Source: Octopus vulgaris (Eukaryota). Taken from it: a stretch of 64,000 bases of DNA. A program made the translations under genes and the position numbers. This document shows, piece after piece, positions 14,218 to 30,481 of this stretch. The notes under the pieces were generated by a model. The model was not told the origin of the DNA, ran no database searches, and saw only the letters and a program-made list of their open reading frames with translations. Numbering within the stretch: the first letter of the stretch is position 1; every line of letters begins with the position of its first letter. Location: the NCBI GenBank assembly GCA_951406725.2, contig OX597816.1:147622001-147686000 (forward strand). The letters run 5' to 3'.

Positions 14218-15909
14218 GTGGGCATATTTTAGAGCTTATAAATCTAATATTTTACTATCCTTCCTTAATACTGGTTCCCATATGCTATTCATATCTGCAC
14301 TCGGTCTGCTTAGGAGGTTGTTGTGTCCTAGCATATGTGCTGCTTTTTTTAGTTCACGTATTTTCCAGTGGTGTTCTCTGTCTATTATTTTAACTTCATC
14401 CCACAGAGGGAGGTGGTCTCCATTTTTCCATACATGATCAGCTATACCCGATTTTTCAATATCTCCTCATGTCACGGCTTTGCGATGTTTCTCTACCCTT
14501 AATTTAAGGGGGCGGCATGTTTCGCCTTCGTATAAGTTACCACAGCTGCATGGCATAGATAGAGTACACTCAGTTCTTGGTCATATTCTCTTCTATTTTT
14601 TTCCCGGAGGAGATATTTACGAAGTGTTGTATTACTCTTGAATACTGTCCTGATGTCATGTGGGTCGCATACCTTTTGTATCTTTTTGGAGGGGCGTTTT
14701 ACATAAGGTAGACACACTGTAGACAATTTATTGGTTTCGCTCTCTCTTTTCTTCATAATTGGAGTAGATAGTATGTTTTTGAGGTAGTTGTTGCTTAATA
14801 GATAGTTACTGAGCTTCATCATTTATTCGTGGTGGGTATCACGATCGCTACTTATATTCTTTGCTCGATGTATTAGGCACTGAGTAATTCCTCTCTTTAC
14901 ACTGTATGTATGGTGGGAGTTGAAGTTAAGGTATCATCCAGTGAAGGTCGGTTTGCGGTATACGGATGTCCTTAATTGATACTTGGTGCGTGTTATTCAT
15001 ACATCTAGGAATGCTAGCTGATTTTCTTTTCCCTGTTCAATTGTGAACTGTATGGATGGCTATATTGAGTTCACATGATCTAACGCACTTGGACATCTTC
15101 CTGGTGGGGCCAGAGAAAAAAGGTGTCATTAACATGTCGCACCCATAAGGTTGGTTTTAGTGGTGTTGATCCTAAAGCCAAATTCTCAAAGTATTTCATG
15201 TACATATTGGCTATTATCGGTGATAAAGGCGAATCCATAGCTAAACCATCTTTTGTCGATATATATCAGTGTCCATACTGAAATAGGTAGTTTCTACACA
15301 GAAGGTCAACATTTCTGTCACGTTTCTTGTTGGTATACTAGTGCGTTCTTTTAGATAATGTTTGCCGCTAGTTTTTCTTGAATCACTGATAGTTCTTCAC
15401 CAGTTGGAAGTTTAGTGAACAGACTTGTTACAACTTGACTCACCATCTGCTTGGATTCAATGGTAGTATCCTTGATCAATTCTGTGAAGTGGGAGGAATT
15501 CTTCACGTATGATGTTAACTTTCCTGCTAATGGCCTGATTATATCCACAAGGAAACGGTTCAGTGGATGACATGCTGAACCTCTACACCTCACTATAGGT
15601 CTTAATGGAATACCATCCTTGTCAATTTGTATATACAGAGTCAAACTCACAGATACATGAATAGAGAGTGTATTTCAGTCATACGACAGACACTATGAGA
15701 AAGAAAATAAGTTTATTCATATTGCAGAAATTATCAACAACACATATACAAGCCACTCCTACTGCAAGATAGAGTGTATCCTTCTTTCGTTTTCGTTTTC
15801 ACCTTATTTTAAGTGCCATCTTCAATATTTGTATTTATCACAGTTATCTGTTATTAATCACTGTTACTATCATTTCTAATCTATTATAAATCTGAGATAA
15901 TTGTCATTT

Positions 15910-16185
15910 TTTATCCACAAGAATGTCTTCCCAAGTAATATGTCCTAAGCCATTTCTAACAGAATAGTAACGCTTTTGCATTCACACTGAGTTCAGCGTC
16001 GCCATACATCTCAATCGTTCGTTTCCATATAAGCTGCGCAGGGCCAACATGTACACTGAATTCTTCTTGTAGGACAAATCATCTGATCTTAATAACATCT
16101 CATGCTACAGTGACGTTTTCAAGGAAGGACTTGTATTCGACCTTGCTGTTGGGTGCATATACTGGCAAGATCATAACAGTTTTTC
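15910..16185 (-). mobile_element. Possible LINE AP-endonuclease remnant
   Basis: VMILPVYAPNSK (YAP motif); otherwise heavily decayed. Confidence 0.35.
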
Positions 16186-16269
16186 TTTCAGCTTCATGAG
16201 GCAAAACTATTCACTCTATAACACAATCCGACGGTCAGAAGCATGTCAATAACCCCACTCATAATAACA

Positions 16270-16292
16270 ATAATGATAAAGGATGAGGAAGG

Positions 16293-16329
<37 letters not shown>

Positions 16330-17079
16330 GGGAGAGGGGGGAGTAAGACATTTCTCTTCAATTTTATGTGGTCAATTCATTGAAATTTTATTACAAAGTA
16401 TTTTTCTTTTCTTCTTTTTTTTTCTTTTTTTCCATTGTATACCTATCAACATATTTGTAAATAAATACATTTTATCAAAAGGGCATGTGACCTTTTGAAG
16501 ATGTCAATTTTAAGAAGTAGGATGGAAGAAATAATAAAAGCGTGGAGGCCGAGGGCATCACTAAGAAATTAAAAAATAGAGCTCATTGTCCTATGAGAAT
16601 GCATATTCCTTTACACTGTATAGCCAAGTCCCATATTCTGTGTAACTGTATGTTTTGCATGAACAAACATTAAATATTAGTACAATATTCATCAATTAGG
16701 AAAATAAAGTCAGATTGTAAAACAATAATGTGATACTCTTTATAATTTAATCTATCCTCTATGTACATGTAATCAAACATTATAAATGAGTTTTGTACGC
16801 ATATTGTATATTTAGCTGGAAGCCACTCTGAAGGATACAAATTATATTATAAAGCAGGGCCTGCTTAAATAAATATATTTTTAGTATCTTTCATCCTTTT
16901 GTAGGATTTCTTTTTCTTTTTCTTGCTCGCTTGGATAAGAGAATTCAAAGTAAATCTTTTCACGAACTACTTTGCCAAGTAGCTACATCAGATATCTTTC
17001 CTAATCAGTAAATGTTTATTGTATTCTTTCTCGGGTATATGTAAGTTTTATAAGAACAGCAGTTGTGAAAATCCCAATG

Positions 17080-17164
<85 letters not shown>

Positions 17165-18172
17165 GATGATCATTTATAGAGATGAGTATCACGTTAAATG
17201 TACGAAAGAGAAGCAGAGGAACTACATTTTTATTGTTATGTTTTAATAGTAACGATGATGGATGAAGAGAGAAAAAATATATTACACTATTATTGTTGTT
17301 TCTGAATGTGGCTTCAATGTTAATAACATGATACTCATCTCTATAAATGATCAGATATGTATATATAACATTTTGACAGCTATTGTTCTTATAGAATTTA
17401 TATATACCCAAGAAAGAATACCAAAACCATTTTACCACTAATTCAGAAAGATATCTAATGTAGCTACTCGGCAAAATAATTTGTAAAAAGATCTCCTTTT
17501 GATTCTCTTATCCAAGCAAGCAAGAAAAAGCAAAAGAAATCTCATAAATGGATGAAATATACTCAAAAAATATATTCAAGCAGGCCCTGCTTTATTATAC
17601 AATTTATATCCTACAGATAATATAAAATATATCAGCTAAATATACAATACATGTACAAACCTCATATTTATGAGGTTTGATCAAATGAGAATAGATTGAA
17701 TTATAAATAGAATTTAGAATGAATTATAAACAGTCCCAAATTATTTTTCTATATTCTGATTTTATTTTCCTAATGCATGAATATTGTACTAATATTTAAT
17801 ATTTGTTCATGCAAAACATACAATCACACAGAATATGGGACTTGGTTATACAGTGTAAATAAATGTACATTTTCATAGGACTATGAACTTCGAACTCTTT
17901 TTTTATTTTTCAGTGATGTCCGCGCACTCCCCACTTTTCTTATTTCTTCCATACTACTTCCTAAATTTGACATCTTTGAAAGGTTACCAGCCCTTGTGAG
18001 TAAATGTGTTTATTTACAAATATGTTGATAGGTATACAATGAGAAAAAGCAAGAAAAGAAAGGTTAAAGAAGAAAAAGAAAAATGCGTTAGATTGAAATT
18101 TCAATGAATTGACCACATCAAATCGAAAACTCTCTCTCTATTTATCTATCCTTTCCTCATCCTTAATTATTA
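16270..18172. repeat. Long diverged inverted repeat: ~800-bp arms (16270-17072, 17371-18172) with ~300-bp spacer
   Basis: Colinear reverse-complement blocks e.g. ATTGTATACCTATCAACATATTTGTAAATAAA, CCAAGTCCCATATTCTGTGT, AAAGCAGGGCCTGCTT, GCTTGGATAAGAGAAT. Confidence 0.9.
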
Positions 18173-18201
18173 TTTTTCTCCTCTTTCTTGATTGTTCTGA
18201 A

Positions 18202-19536
18202 GGGAGACGGACAATTCGTCGACAGACAGTTAGCCGCCAGATAACAGATAATTGACCGATTGGATAATTTGCCGAAAGGACAATATGTCAGCATTTAAAA
18301 AAAAATAATAAAAATTACGAAAATGTTTTATTAGACTTACAAAAACAATTATGGTCACATGCCCTTAGAACTTCCAACCAAGCTTCATAGTCGTAATTAT
18401 GAACAATGATTTTAAGTCTTTCATTAAGACGAATGTACTTTTTGCTTTTCCTTGTCACTTCAACCGCTAATATGGCCTGTTCTATTACCATTTCGGTGTG
18501 TATCTGTTCTACCCCAAACTTCTCTCAATTAATTTGGATAAATTAGGCTGATGAGCGTTAACTCCTCTATTGAAGGCATGATACCACCGTTCAAGAGAAT
18601 TGTTGGTTTTCGGGAGATCATTGAGAACTCTGTTTCTGCATAACCATAAAGAAATGTCGTATAGTGGTCGTCGACGTCTACCACGTTGTATGATTCCTAC
18701 CCAAGTACATTCAAATTAAGACAGGAATTCCTCCAAAATTTCATCAGTTTGCGTACTTAAAGAATAAAGTAATTTCTCAAAATAGCTACATCATTAGCTG
18801 GTACGAAAGCTAACGCTTGCAGATGTTTTATAATAAATGCATTTTCTCCTTCGGTATACCACATTTGTAAACCTGTAGCCTGTACCTTGCACCATAAATG
18901 CTGTCCGAAAAGTAAAAAAAAAAACATACAAACACAGAAACAGTCAGACGTTTCGTCACAAAACCATTCACTTTTCATGGATAAAATTTCTAAATTTTTC
19001 ACACTACCAAATATAGAAGCCTCTTCATTTCTATATAGTAAAAGAATTATCACCTGTTGGCGTTTTATACAATTCATTCTCATTAATAACTGGCCTTTTC
19101 CCTCGCACTGAAGGTTTAAATGATTTTCGGTAAATATCCAGCAACGCTGAACGGGCTATTGGAAATTAAGTTTTCAACTATAGAACCCGGCAATTGTTCA
19201 GCTCATCCAGCAAGAAGCTTTATTTCTTCCTTAACTTTTGCAGCATTAATTTCAATCGGCATGGGTGGATATACGTGTTCAGAAGGAGTTGTGCTAATTT
19301 CCTCATCAATCGTCGTCAGTCTAGCACTGCACAGTTTACAATTTGCGCATCTCCAATTAGTCTTTTCTTTTCTGGTTCTATCAGTAATATAAAGAATTAC
19401 TCTTTGTAAAGAAGCTTTTTGTCTGATCGTTCCATTTTGATGAACTTGATGATCGATGCTTTCGCATGCCGACTTGTTGTCCAATCAGCCAATTGTCCAA
19501 TCGGCGAATTGTCTCTCGAAGAATTGTCTGCACGCG
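18202..19536 (-). mobile_element. Mutator-like (MULE) DNA transposon, internally deleted, FLYWCH-type finger plus transposase remnants
   Basis: TSD GTTCTGAA at 18194-18201 and 19537-19544; TIRs built of ~15-bp GACAATTCGCCGA units; WRCANCKLCSARL..H, HLQALAFVP, PKTNNSLERWYH. Confidence 0.88.
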
Positions 19537-19929
19537 GTTCTGAAACCCCTCTCTCTATCTATTTCCCCTTCTTCTTTGCTTTTCTTTCTCCCCCCCCCCC
19601 CCCGTTTTGCCAAAAACACAAAAACAATATTCTCTTCTTCTAAACAAAACAAAAACACATATAAATAAACAACGAAACGTTCTGCTTTTACCATTTTTAT
19701 TCTGATTTTGTCTTGAGTTTAAAAACCAAACGAAAGTGCTAATAAAGGATTATCCATTCTGGCTGCCTCTTTTTTCTCAATATATAATATCTGAACACCA
19801 CTTCAAACATTCTATACACATACATGACAGAAGTAAATAGACACGCCATAAAACATCGTTTTACATTTATTCTAAATTGTAAAGGTTTATATTTTTATTA
19901 ATTGACAATTTTATGTTTCAGGTTCTAGA

Positions 19930-20545
19930 TGTGACTGTTGAATCATGCCATTCACAACAGAAACCTTGGAATTGTCTTTTTGGGACACTGTCATATTTTC
20001 TGAGTTCAGATTTGCTGTATTTCCTGGCAGTGGTCGAGTGTGGGTCTGGAGACACTGTTATCGAGAATTTGATGTGAAAATATTGCAGCGAACAATTACA
20101 ATTTAGAGTAATGGTTGATCAGAGCTGGTGGAATGTCAGGGAAACATAAACTCAGATACATTTGTCCATATTGCAGAAAAGACTCATTCCAATCTTCTCC
20201 AGGGGTGAAATAATTAAAGAAGACTCTTGATCTATGGAAGATGGTGGCTCCTTGTCACACGGCTAAATGACCCAAGATTTATTGGTGGAGAAAGGGATTA
20301 AAAAGCTTTTATGGCGAAGCCAGTCAACAGAAATGAAAACCTCTGGGACACGAGGGACAGAACAGTTCATAAAAGGAACAAGAAAGCATCTTCAAAGCCA
20401 GTTCTTTTGAGATTACTGTATGAAACTTGGCAAAAAAGTCTGCAAGAGAAAACTCGTCATCTGATCAGTAACATGCCTACTAGGGTCCTTGCATTGAAAA
20501 ATTCTGGGTGCATTTCTATTAAATGTCAACTACTAACATTATAAC
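19930..20545 (+). mobile_element. Degenerate Tc1-like transposase remnant
   Basis: E.RFAVFPGSGRVWVWR, DG(A)PCHTA-like, ENLW, SNMPTRVLAL. Confidence 0.7.
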
Positions 20546-20646
20546 AAATAATAATTTGAATGTTTTATTTCAGATTTAAAAAAAATTTTGATGGTTATAA
20601 GTGTGTCTATTTACTTCTGAAATGTAAGTGCACATACATACACACC

Positions 20647-20769
<123 letters not shown>

Positions 20770-21479
20770 TGCTAATAAGCCACCCACATTATATATATAC
20801 ATATATGTGTGTGTGTGTGTATTGTGGGTGTATATATATATATACGTATGTATGTATTTGGGCAAAGCCATTCGCCGTAAGTCATGGACATTCTTCGTAA
20901 TCATATGACGGAAAGAAATCAGCGAGAGATGAATGTTAAACAGCTAAAGAATGCAATATACAATCAAAATGTGTCAAGTCAATAACTTCTACAGGAACAA
21001 ACATTAAACTGAAAACTAATGCAATAAGTAGAACCAGTTGATTGATCTGTTTTGGTCAGAGGTATTTGTGACCCAATGTTTATCTTCATTGACATTATTG
21101 TAAAAGGATACGTGTGGTGGGGCATTTGATTCTTTCATCAACTGTGAAAGCCTGACGCGTATTCAGTTCTTTAATAATTCACACTTTTAAAATATGACGT
21201 TGAAAATGTGTTTGTGTCGTTGGAGTGCAGCGGACTGAGTACATAGCGACAGCAATTTCAAAATATGACAGGCGCATAGTTCACTTAGTCTTATTTGATG
21301 AATAAGTAAGTGGAGCCAGTCGACATTTGAAGTTAAAACATAGTGAGAGAAAATCACATGCGAAAAATGCAATCATGTTGTTCTAATCCACAATGATATT
21401 CACAAGAAAAACCAGAGTACCAGAGAAAATTACTACTACTACTACTACATGTAGCAGCAGCAACAGCAGCAGCAGCACT

Positions 21480-21564
<85 letters not shown>

Positions 21565-21805
21565 ATAGTAGCTATTGTTACTGTAGTAATTATTGTTACT
21601 GTTGCACTGATGTTAATGCAGTCCAGTAACTATTATTGCCTTTACAAAGTTTAACTTTAGTGCATTCTCGTAAATTATAGGTGAAGATATTAGTTTCAAT
21701 ATCCACCATTATATGAATACTGCTTTTGTTATTAACCACCGAAACATTAAAAGCCGAGGCCGAGAAAGGAATCAAATTATAACTATGTGCCTAGGTAGAT
21801 AGACA

Positions 21806-21963
<158 letters not shown>

Positions 21964-22049
21964 GATAGATATTAAAGATTTTTATAATTATGTGTGTGCA
22001 TATATATTTCTATCAATGTGTTGTGTATTTTTTGTGCAGAATGTGATAA

Positions 22050-22525
22050 TACTATAATCACGCACCATATCGTGGTTCACCTATCGCGGCCTCAGTACAC
22101 CGCAGATTTTTCTGGCTAATATATTTAAATTTATATCGCGGGTTTCTGCGGCCGATAGGTATTTATATCTCTTAGATTTTAATTATTTCTCTAGTAAAAT
22201 AAGCATTTTCACGCCTGAAAATTATTAAATTAATAAATAAAAACACAGGACAGTACAGCACTGTATAACACATAATTTGAAATATATCAAACGAAAATAC
22301 GTAGTGTACCGTAGATGAGTAAACAAAGAATCGCACTTAATGTATGAAAAACGAAACTCGGGAGACGTGTGTGTAGTGTTGTTTTGCATTTATAATAAAA
22401 TAAATAAATACAAATTATAGAAAAAATATTAAAATTATACAGCCCGGTTTCTACTTTGCGTATTTTTACCTATAGCGGAAAGGGGTTTGGAACGTAATAC
22501 CCACGATAGTCGAGGGATTTCTGTA
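22050..22525. mobile_element. pogo/Tigger-like MITE
   Basis: Right end CGAGGGATTTCTG-TA (CAG.AATCCCTCG-type TIR); degenerate left TIR; AT-rich interior. Confidence 0.55.
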
Positions 22526-22935
22526 TATTATTCGCATATGAAGTAAGGAAATGATATACATTAAGCTATGAAACAAGAAAGAAATATTAGAGCGGCTTGA
22601 GAAATTAAACAGTTTCTCGGATTTGTTTTCATTTGTTAATTTACATTCTAACAGTTCTTGTTTTGGTAGGTAAGGTATTTTATCATACTTTTCTATAGAA
22701 TTCCTTCTTTGTACGCAGTACCCAATATATTCTTTGCTTCCCATTTCTTTCTTCAAGTAAACTAGTTCATCTCATTTAAATTTTGCTTCACTTTCCATTC
22801 TCATATATTGTAGTTTCAGTTTATGTTCTATAAACTTTGCGCAAAGTTTCTATGTAGGCTTCCCATCAGCTGAGATTTGTTAAATTTTCTTCTGTCTCCT
22901 TCTTCTTCTTCTTCTTCTTCTTCTTCTTCTTCTTC

Positions 22936-23011
<76 letters not shown>

Positions 23012-23012
<1 letters not shown>

Positions 23013-23200
23013 GAGTGTGAGAGCATGCATGCCATCGAAGTGATACTGGGGTAAAATATATGAAGTCCAGTATACCCATCATGACTACCCGTCTCATAGG
23101 GTTACATCAGACACATGCATCACAACCATATGTGCGCGACATAGTGATCTGATATCAAGATAAGCAGCGCATGATCTTCCAGGTGGGGCCCAGTTAGATT
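23012..23200 (-). mobile_element. 5'-truncated copy of the non-coding (TAA)n-tailed retroelement at 58437-58911
   Basis: Clear similarity to 58437-58625; preceded by (ATT)n. Confidence 0.85.
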
Positions 23201-23559
23201 CGGAAGTAGGGGTTAATCGTTCTCTTATGATTTTATTCCATCTAAATGCTACAATGGGCAACTGAGTATATTTATTTGAAACGAAGACATTTGTCCGCAA
23301 CATGCTTGTAACTTGCATATAAAACTTTTGAACTGCCAGAAAAATTTCGGTGCCAGTTAATCACTAAAGGAATTCTGTCACATATTTTAATTTCTTAGCT
23401 AAAATTATGCGTGAATGTTTGACTTTCCTTGCTAATCTTAGCTACGTCATATGCAATTTCCTTTAAATGTGATTCACTATAAACGCGTTTGACTTACTAG
23501 TGTACAAAAGCAACAGCATGTTTCCAGTAATCACCTATATCAGTACAAATCTGTATTAT

Positions 23560-24447
23560 CCTCAAAAATTGACATTACCGATTTGACCGAATTATATGAT
23601 GTGCATGATCAGAGCGGCGGTGGAGGTAAATATGGGATGACGAGGGTTTGCAAAATAACTCTGTCACTATTCTGCCTCCAGAAGACCTAACTTTTGTGTC
23701 CAAAAATTTTACGCTTGATATCCCTGGCATACAATTTCAGATCGTCAATGAATAACAAAACATTCACCTTTTCCCCTTTTTCTAGGAATATCCAGCTTTT
23801 ACAACTCTTGAATACTGACGTTAATGGGATGAGCGCCGACACAAATAACAATGAGGACAGCCTATCTCCTTGGAAGCTGCACGCTTAAATTGGATATTAT
23901 ATATATGTCCTCTTCCTGCGATTAAGTTTGTATTTCAGGGCTACATTGAACAACTGATGAAAGTTCTCATGCTTTCAGCAACTTTGAACACCTTTCAAGA
24001 ACTTCCATATCAAACATTGATGCACCGTATCAATTCACTTCTTATAATATATCCACCCCATAGCTAGATTTGGCTGCCTTCTCCTGCAATTTTTGACAAA
24101 CATTTTATCAATTACAAACTTGTTCTTGATACCGTTACGCATTCTTCTGCATCTCATCTGCTCCTCCCGTAGTAAATCATTCTTCTCAAGATGTTCTTAA
24201 AACTCCTCCGATAGCATGCCCGTTAATAATTTGCACATCAGCGGAAGACAGGTAATGGGTCTGAAATTTGATACCTCATTTCGCTTTGCCTGATCTTTTA
24301 AAATTAATGTCGTCTTTCTTCTATCAACTATTTCAATATGCTGCCTCTCTCAATCGCTTCATTTAATAATGCAGCGAGTATTGATCTGATTGACTTGATA
24401 TTCTTCAGCCAGTAGCCTTGAACCCCGTCGGGTCCTGGTGCTTTTCA
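23560..24447 (-). mobile_element. R4/Dong-like RT fragment
   Basis: [42 protein letters not shown]; abuts (ATT)n. Confidence 0.8.
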
Positions 24448-24462
24448 TTATTATTATTATTA

Positions 24463-24508
<46 letters not shown>

Positions 24509-24535
24509 TATTATTATCATCATCATTATTATTAA

Positions 24536-24715
24536 GGCGGCGAGCTGCCATAATAGTTAGTACGCGGACAGAATACTCCGGTATTTCGCTCGTCGCTACA
24601 TTCTGAGTTCAAATTCCGCCGAAGTCGACTTTGCCTTTCATCCTTTCGGAGTTCATAAACTAATTGCCACTTGAACACTGGAATCGATGTAATCGACTTA
24701 ACACCTCCCCCAAAT
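24536..24715 (+). mobile_element. tRNA-derived SINE (second copy 25434-25600)
   Basis: GGCGGCGAGCTG head, GAGTTCAAATTCC B-box, GTCGACTTTGCCTTTCATCC core. Confidence 0.8.
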
Positions 24716-24789
24716 TTATTATTATTTTTTTTCTTCTTTCAAATTTGCTTCCATTTCTTGCCGAGTGTCTTCCCGACTCCTAGGGCAAA

Positions 24790-26760
<1,971 letters not shown>

Positions 26761-26802
26761 AGATTATTATTATTGTTATTCATTATTACAATCATTATTA
26801 TT

Positions 26803-26834
<32 letters not shown>

Positions 26835-26835
26835 C

Positions 26836-26889
<54 letters not shown>

Positions 26890-26915
26890 CATTGTTGTTG
26901 TTACCATCATCATCA

Positions 26916-26992
<77 letters not shown>

Positions 26993-29900
26993 TCTAAGTT
27001 ATGAAATTTTGAATTTATAAGACGCCCGCTCTGATTGCACATACTTTTGTAGTTTCTTCGGCTTTTCAAACAACTTTTTAAACAATCCTCTCAGTTCAAA
27101 TTACTGAGTTTTTTGCTTGTTTGCTATGGGCTTTTTTTTTACTAAATTTTCATTATCCGAGGCATTTCGTTGGCGTGGCTTTCTTAGGCGATCGCGGTAT
27201 TTATATATTTTTTTTAATTTTCTCTTCCATCTATTTTTGAAAATTTCCAAAACTTTCAGAATTTCAAGCACAAAGTACTGTAATTTTTGAAAGGAGAGGA
27301 GAGCAGGTAGAAAAAGATAATTTTTGGAAGAGTTATTACGACACTGTCTTCTCACTGCTAATGGCTGTGAACCAAACACCACCACCACAAGAGTTGATGG
27401 TGACAGCAACAGCGTAGAAAACACAGCGATAACAGCAGCAAACAAGATAACAGCTACAGCAACAGTGACGCAACGAACAGGAAAACATTGAGTTCACCAC
27501 TATCGACATCACCTCACACAACCTGCACCATCCCCGCTCCAGCAGCTAAATGTTACGGCAACAATGACAACAATCGCATGCATAGTGAAAGGAACAACAG
27601 CCTGTCAAACACAACTACTGGTGCAAAATCAGACAGTGAAGAACATTAAATATTACAATAAATGCTACTAATTTTCCGTGATAAAACGCAGTGAGTAGGT
27701 TGCAAGCTGATCAACGTGGATACACACTATTTGTCAACAAGCGAGATATATTCTCCGTGACAAAACGCAGTGAGTAGTTTGTTCCCCAGTTCGAACATGC
27801 ACCAAGCACATTCGGACTGATAATGATATTGCCGAGTTTTAGATTTTGGTGAAGGAAGAAATTTTAGTGGTTCTCTTTGATAGTCTGGCGCGAAAGTGGG
27901 AAGTTACGCAATCCTATGTAGATATATCCATGACAATCTCAGTTGTTCGCGATACAATATAGACAGCCGGTAGGAAAGCTAAATCAACATGGGTTACTCG
28001 ATAACTTTCGTTTGAATTCATCATAGATAAATTTAGGAAGTCCTCAAGGCACCCAACTACGCTCCTGTTTCCAGAGGCAAGTACCCCGCAATGCACAGTG
28101 ATAACCTCTTGCTGTTTGAATAACTGTCGACGTATTCGAACAGTTTAACACCACAAGCTCATCAATAGTGTCATTAGTTTTCTGTCTCATGTCTACTAAA
28201 TATGCTTGTTTTTCAGACACCAATGCGAAAACTTGGCTACTTGTGAGACATCCCGTTTTAGCCGTGACATAGGATACAGATAACGTCACCGTAATGTGTC
28301 GCACACCTTGAAATTCTGGGTGATCTAGAATTCTAAATAAAAACAAAACTTTGACAGGGGAAAACATTAACTTGGATGAGCCAGTTGGTATACAGTTGGG
28401 CTCCTGTAGAAGCAAGTCTATACTATCTCGCGGTGTCGGGGGGTGCTGAGCGAACGATCTGGCTATGTTGCTTCAGCCTTTTCGGTTCTGACCTCTAGAT
28501 GAAGAGTAAATAGATCAAGGTAATGCGCAGAGTGGATAGTCTCAAATGGTCTAAGAGAATGCTATATGTGGAAGGTCAAGCAGCGAAGGGAAAGTCATAC
28601 ATCTCTTCCGTTATAGTTTACTTACCTGATCGTCAAGCCTTGCTAGAGTATTGGTCTCACCCGATTCTGAAGATTCGTGTGGAAATGGCATATTCCACTG
28701 TACACGTGACTCGTCTGTTTCCTAACATCCTTTGCTTGGATGTCTCGGTATGTCGTGGCTGCTAATGTAAGTGAAAGTGCCGAGGCTGCAAAATGTACAG
28801 AGATTGCAAGACTGGAATTTTACGGTCGTTATTTATAAAGTACATCCTTCCATATCTTGTCTTCTTGACGGAGCTGCATTTTCGATAAAACGAATAACAT
28901 CACGGGCCAATGTTACCAGATTCATGCTACCTTCTACTTCTTGGGCAATGCATTTGGCGAGATTCTGCCATCATGTTCTAGAGAAGTTTATTAGTGAGGT
29001 AAACGAGACGGCATTCACGAGGAATTTCGAGCCAGAAACTCTGGATAATATCCGGAAGTCCCTAGTCGGGAAATGCTACCATATGACATCCCTGATTCTA
29101 GATAAACGTTCTGGGTATGGTGTGTACAAGAAACGCACCGTGTGAGGAATCATTTTTGCATACACTTGCTCAGTATTTGAGCGTTACTGGCTTTACTGTC
29201 TCGTGGAATTTTGTGGAAGAACCGCTGTAGTAAGTAGTAAGAATACAGCTATTGATCGCTTTAATTGTAAACGGTTTATGTACTTCCTATCACACAGAAC
29301 CTGTGATATATCAATTGTTTTTGTATGTTTATATCAATTCCGTTCGAGGACATTCCGGGTAATTCTTGCAGAAACACATTAACAGGTTTTGTGCAAGCAC
29401 CCACTCCCAAATTAAGACCTAGCTTTCGAATTTTGGCTTTCATCTTCTTCGACGGAGTTCCCAAGTTTTCAATAATTTGCATGGGTGTAACTATGTGAGC
29501 TCCCATGTTCCAACATTTGAAAATTTCATACTTCAAGTCGGTATAATATAATTTTTCTTTTACATATTTATGAATTCTGATATTGAAAAAGGTGGACTAT
29601 GTGATTAACAAGACAAACCTTCTTATTATTAACAGTTGTAATATCCGATTTGTTTTGTTGGATTCCCCTTCCTGGTTGTGAAGGTGGTGTGGACATTGGT
29701 CGTCGATCTTCTAATCAAATCAACGAAAGCCTACTTCCATTTAGTCTTAGAAATTGCTAATATTAGCTGTCAGACGCATCTGCTGGCAAAAGTAACACTG
29801 TTATTCGGTGACAACTCAAAATATTCCCCGCTTGTCACTCAAGCAACTTCATCAGTCTCTTGTCCTGGGCTTTTCCTTTTTCACCGGTAGTTATATAATG

Positions 29901-30267
29901 GAAGACAAAATTGACTGCAGCCAGAGTTGAACTCAAAACGCAATGAGTTGGGAAAAACCATGCATTTAGCCCCTTTGCCAATTCAATGCCTGAGTCTTAA
30001 TAAACGGACATCTTTTTTTTTTTCGAGGACTTCCATTTTGGGTGTCACAATATTTTTTTCTGTGCATGAAATATGAAACTGCTTACAAAAAATTCTAATG
30101 AATCATTACAGTAATCTTATCACCCGTTGATTCTTTTGTTGAATTCATTTACTTCTAAACGTGGCTATTTTAGGTGAACAGTGAACTTTATAAGTCTGTT
30201 GTGTGTTTTTTTTTTTCGTTGCATTCCATTTGATAGATAAGATCTGTTCATGGGTACTACAACCATT

Positions 30268-30481
30268 CACACGGTCTCTTTCTTTAATATTCATTTCTTT
30301 GCATAGCCAGCTCTACTTTGATCAGCTCTCATCTCTTTTCCTTTTTGGTTTTTTGTAAAAGAACCAATAGAAACATCTTTCCTTTAAAGTTTCACTTACT
30401 TTTTCTATAATTTATCGTTCATTTCTTTTTCTTATTTTAGGCCTAAATATCTCTATACATAGTCCTTCAGTGATTACCTCC
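30268..30481 (+). repeat. Left copy of a ~214-bp flank duplicated on both sides of the gypsy element
   Basis: Matches 35384-35600 with a handful of substitutions and poly-T length changes. Confidence 0.95.

Larger units (their letters stand above)
13981..15625 (-). mobile_element. Penelope-like element, 5'-truncated: RT, GIY-YIG endonuclease and terminal repeat; pseudogenised
   Basis: DGIPLRPIV, AMDSPLSPIIANMYM, RHVNDTF (RYVDD position), FLDV, YRKPT, VYSI..YEGETCRPL..R..H; then tRNA-like segment and hammerhead. Confidence 0.92.

Noticed and set aside
27675-27777. TCCGTGA.AAAACGCAGTGAGTAG twice, CRISPR-like spacing
   Set aside because: Only two copies, eukaryotic context, no cas genes; a small local duplication.
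27780-29540. Complex sequence with several 80-124 aa ORFs, possible exon or LINE
   Set aside because: Only faint LINE-like hints (GLPD) on the minus strand; no convincing domain or splice pattern.
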